Source: Escherichia coli (GTDB lineage: Bacteria > Pseudomonadota > Gammaproteobacteria > Enterobacterales > Enterobacteriaceae). From it: a stretch of DNA of 64,000 bases. The DNA is taken from assembly GCF_050920415.1 (NCBI RefSeq), contig NZ_CP169309.1; one strand, 5' to 3'. The notes beneath the pieces were generated by a model, which worked only from the letters and a program-made list of their open reading frames with translations, was not told the DNA's origin and searched no databases. Shown here one piece after another: positions 61,836 through 64,000 of this stretch. Made by a program: the position numbers and the translations under genes. Position 1 is the first letter of the stretch. Every line of letters starts with the position of its first letter.

Positions 61836-62144
61836 TTACGCTGCGGGTTGTGCAGCAGGTTTTGCCGGTTGCTGATGGCTGTGTTTCTTGGCGTGTTTCT
61901 TCGCTGCCTGCGCTTTTTGTTCAGGGGCTTTCTGTTCAGCTTTCGCATTTTTATGATGCTTTTTAGCCGCCTGCGCTTTCTGGGCAGGTGCTGCTTTATG
62001 CTGTTTTTTATGATGTGTAGTTTTCGCCGGCGCTGCTTTGGTGGTCGTCGCAGTCGGAGCAGGTGTGGTCGCAGTCTCTGCAGCAAAGGCGGCAGAAGAC
62101 AGACCCATAGCAGCGGCAACAACCAGAGCTAATACTTTTTTCAT
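61836..62144 (-). CDS. asr: Acid shock protein Asr (periplasmic, Lys/His/Ala/Gln-rich)
   Basis: ORF 61836..62171; start set at [21 protein letters not shown] (102 aa); low-complexity basic repeats; RstA-box-like site upstream. Confidence 0.9.
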   Translation of the reverse strand: MKKVLALVVAAAMGLSSAAFAAETATTPAPTATTTKAAPAKTTHHKKQHKAAPAQKAQAAKKHHKNAKAEQKAPEQKAQAAKKHAKKHSHQQPAKPAAQPAA

Positions 62145-62247
62145 TGTCATACCCTCAATTTGTTTTTTCATTTAACCCCACTGCGGGGCCGTTGAAATAA
62201 CTATATCCCTGGGAATGGCAGACTTCCGTGAGTGGTTGGTTTCAGCG

Positions 62248-62261
62248 TGTAACGATATGTA
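62248..62261 (-). promoter_or_regulatory. RstA-box-like site (TACATATCGTTACA) upstream of asr
   Basis: Minus strand matches the RstA consensus TACAT-N-T-N-GTTACA as I recall it, about 105 bp upstream of the asr ATG. Confidence 0.6.
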
Positions 62262-62566
62262 CAAACGTTAAATAAATTACAGCGTTGATAATAACGTATT
62301 GTGACTTAAGGGAAATTTAGCTACCAATAATAGTAGTCTTGATCGGGTTAACTATTTTACTACTTACAAAGCGGTAGAATAACTGCGCATCAGTAATAAA
62401 TGACACACAGCAAAATGAATCCGTTTATTTGGGTACTTATAATCCTGATGACACTAGATGCGCTGCGGGAATTGGCTGGCGCTTCGTCTATTTTAGGATG
62501 GCTATTAACGTTGGTTTGAGCAGGCAATAAGTCCGGATGGGTATTTACCGCAGTCCGGACTTATTT

Positions 62567-63820
62567 TTAGGCGTGCAGACGACGATGCAAACGCGTCCCG
62601 ACCAGCAGAGCAATGACCAGCATCAGAGCAATAAATGCGCCGACGCCGTTCCAGCCATAGTTATGCCAGAAAACACCACCCAGCGTCCCGGCAATACTCG
62701 ACCCCAAATAGTAACTGAACAGATACAGCGAGGAGGCCTGGCCTTTAGCGCGTTTTGCGCGGGGGCCGATCCAGCTGCTGGCAACGGAGTGGGCTGCGAA
62801 GAATCCGGCTGAGAAGAGTAACATTCCGGCAAAGATTAGCCACAGCGAGCTGAATAAGGTCATCAGTAAACCAAACAGCATAACCCCCGTCGAAAACAAC
62901 ATCACCGGACCGCGCCCATAACGGGTGGTCATGGTTCCGGCTTTGGGTGAGCTCCATGTACCGGTCAAATAAGCCAGCGATAATAAGCCAACCACGGCCT
63001 GACTGACATGCCAGGGGGAAAGCATCAACCTATAGCCGATGTAATTAAACAGCGTGACGAACGACCCCATCAGCAAAAAGCCTTCTGCGAACAATAACGG
63101 CAATCCCCGGTCACGCCAGTGCAGACGAAAGTTGATAAATAACGTCTTTGGTCGCAGGGAAGTCGGGCGAAAATGGCGTGATTCCGGGAGGATTTTCCAG
63201 AACATCAACGCCGAGGCCAGCGCGAAACAGCCGATAGCCGCCAGAGCAATTCGCCAGTTGAAAAAGTCCGTGAAGACACCGCTAATTAAGCGTCCGCTCA
63301 TGCCGCCAATTGAGTTGCCGCTGATATACAACCCCATCGAAAAGGCCACGAAACTGGGGTGGATTTCCTCGCTAAGATAAGTCATGCCAACAGCTGCCAC
63401 GCCACTTAACGAAAGCCCAATCAAGGCGCGCATAATCAAAATGCCGTGCCAGCTGGTCATCATTGTCGAAAGTAACGTACAAATGGAGGCCAACAGTAGC
63501 GCCGTGACCATCACTGGTTTGCGACCAATGGCATCGGATAGCGGGCCAGTAAACAGCAAACCGATAGCCAACATCGCCGTTGAAATGGACAGTGAAATAC
63601 TACTGTTCGCAGGCGTTAAGCCAAACTCCTGCGAAAGCACCGGAAGGATAGGTTGCACACAATAGAGAAGTGCGAAGGTTGCCAGTCCGGCAGAGAAAAG
63701 CGCCAGGGTGACGCGCATAAATTGCGGCGTACCGCGTTTAATAAATTGATTTGGCTGAGAAATGCTTTGCTTGTCAGTGACGCTTGCCGGAGCGCCATCA
63801 ACAGTTGTAGTACGGCTCAC
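62567..63820 (-). CDS. ynfM: MFS-family transporter YnfM
   Basis: ORF track 417 aa, 12 TM-like segments; divergent from LysR-type ynfL. Confidence 0.9.
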   Translation of the reverse strand: MSRTTTVDGAPASVTDKQSISQPNQFIKRGTPQFMRVTLALFSAGLATFALLYCVQPILPVLSQEFGLTPANSSISLSISTAMLAIGLLFTGPLSDAIGRKPVMVTALLLASICTLLSTMMTSWHGILIMRALIGLSLSGVAAVGMTYLSEEIHPSFVAFSMGLYISGNSIGGMSGRLISGVFTDFFNWRIALAAIGCFALASALMFWKILPESRHFRPTSLRPKTLFINFRLHWRDRGLPLLFAEGFLLMGSFVTLFNYIGYRLMLSPWHVSQAVVGLLSLAYLTGTWSSPKAGTMTTRYGRGPVMLFSTGVMLFGLLMTLFSSLWLIFAGMLLFSAGFFAAHSVASSWIGPRAKRAKGQASSLYLFSYYLGSSIAGTLGGVFWHNYGWNGVGAFIALMLVIALLVGTRLHRRLHA

Positions 63821-63926
63821 TTGAAATCCTTGCTAAATATGCCTGTGGATCAGGCTTATGAATAGATTAGGAAAATCGAATTGTTCTGTCTAATATATTA
63901 ATAATCTCAAATAAGATGTTTTAAAT

Positions 63927-64000
63927 ATGAATATTGAACTTCGTCATCTGCGTTACTTTGTTGCTGTTGCGGAAGAGCTGCATTTCGGGCGCGCCGCTGC
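63927..64000 (+). CDS. ynfL: LysR-family transcriptional regulator YnfL, N-terminal fragment (runs off window end)
   Basis: ATG at 63927 followed by MNIELRHLRYFVAVAEELHFGRAA, the typical LysR HTH N-terminus; divergent from ynfM. Confidence 0.7.
   Translation, partial: MNIELRHLRYFVAVAEELHFGRAA

Noticed and set aside
62527-62564. 12-bp perfect inverted repeat after ynfM, considered as a possible REP/BIME or mobile-element end.
   Set aside because: It is a single isolated hairpin with no REP consensus, no direct repeats and no transposase nearby; it is more likely a transcript 3' stem-loop.

Overview
This 64-kb window reads as a contiguous, gene-dense stretch of Escherichia coli core chromosome with K-12-like gene order (lhr-rnt-gloA-nemAR, ydhIJK-slyA, tyrS-pdxH, rsxABCDGE-nth, malIXY, uidRABC, fumAC-tus-rstBA, pntAB, mdtJI, asr-ynfM-ynfL), in reverse orientation to the usual K-12 numbering and including the terminus site TerB next to tus. 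I call 61 protein-coding genes (two are below the 60-aa ORF-track cutoff, two are cut by the window edges), several recognisable operator sites, eight intrinsic terminators and one intragenic tandem-repeat array. I see no rRNA or tRNA, no IS element, integrase, prophage, CRISPR array or foreign island, and every gene has a well-conserved E. coli counterpart of the expected length. I do not find convincing evidence of a novel system here. The items flagged below are poorly characterised y-gene modules and regulatory structures, not new biology. All identifications come from reading and translating the sequence and from recall of protein families and published binding-site consensuses; no database search was run, and start codons are best estimates.
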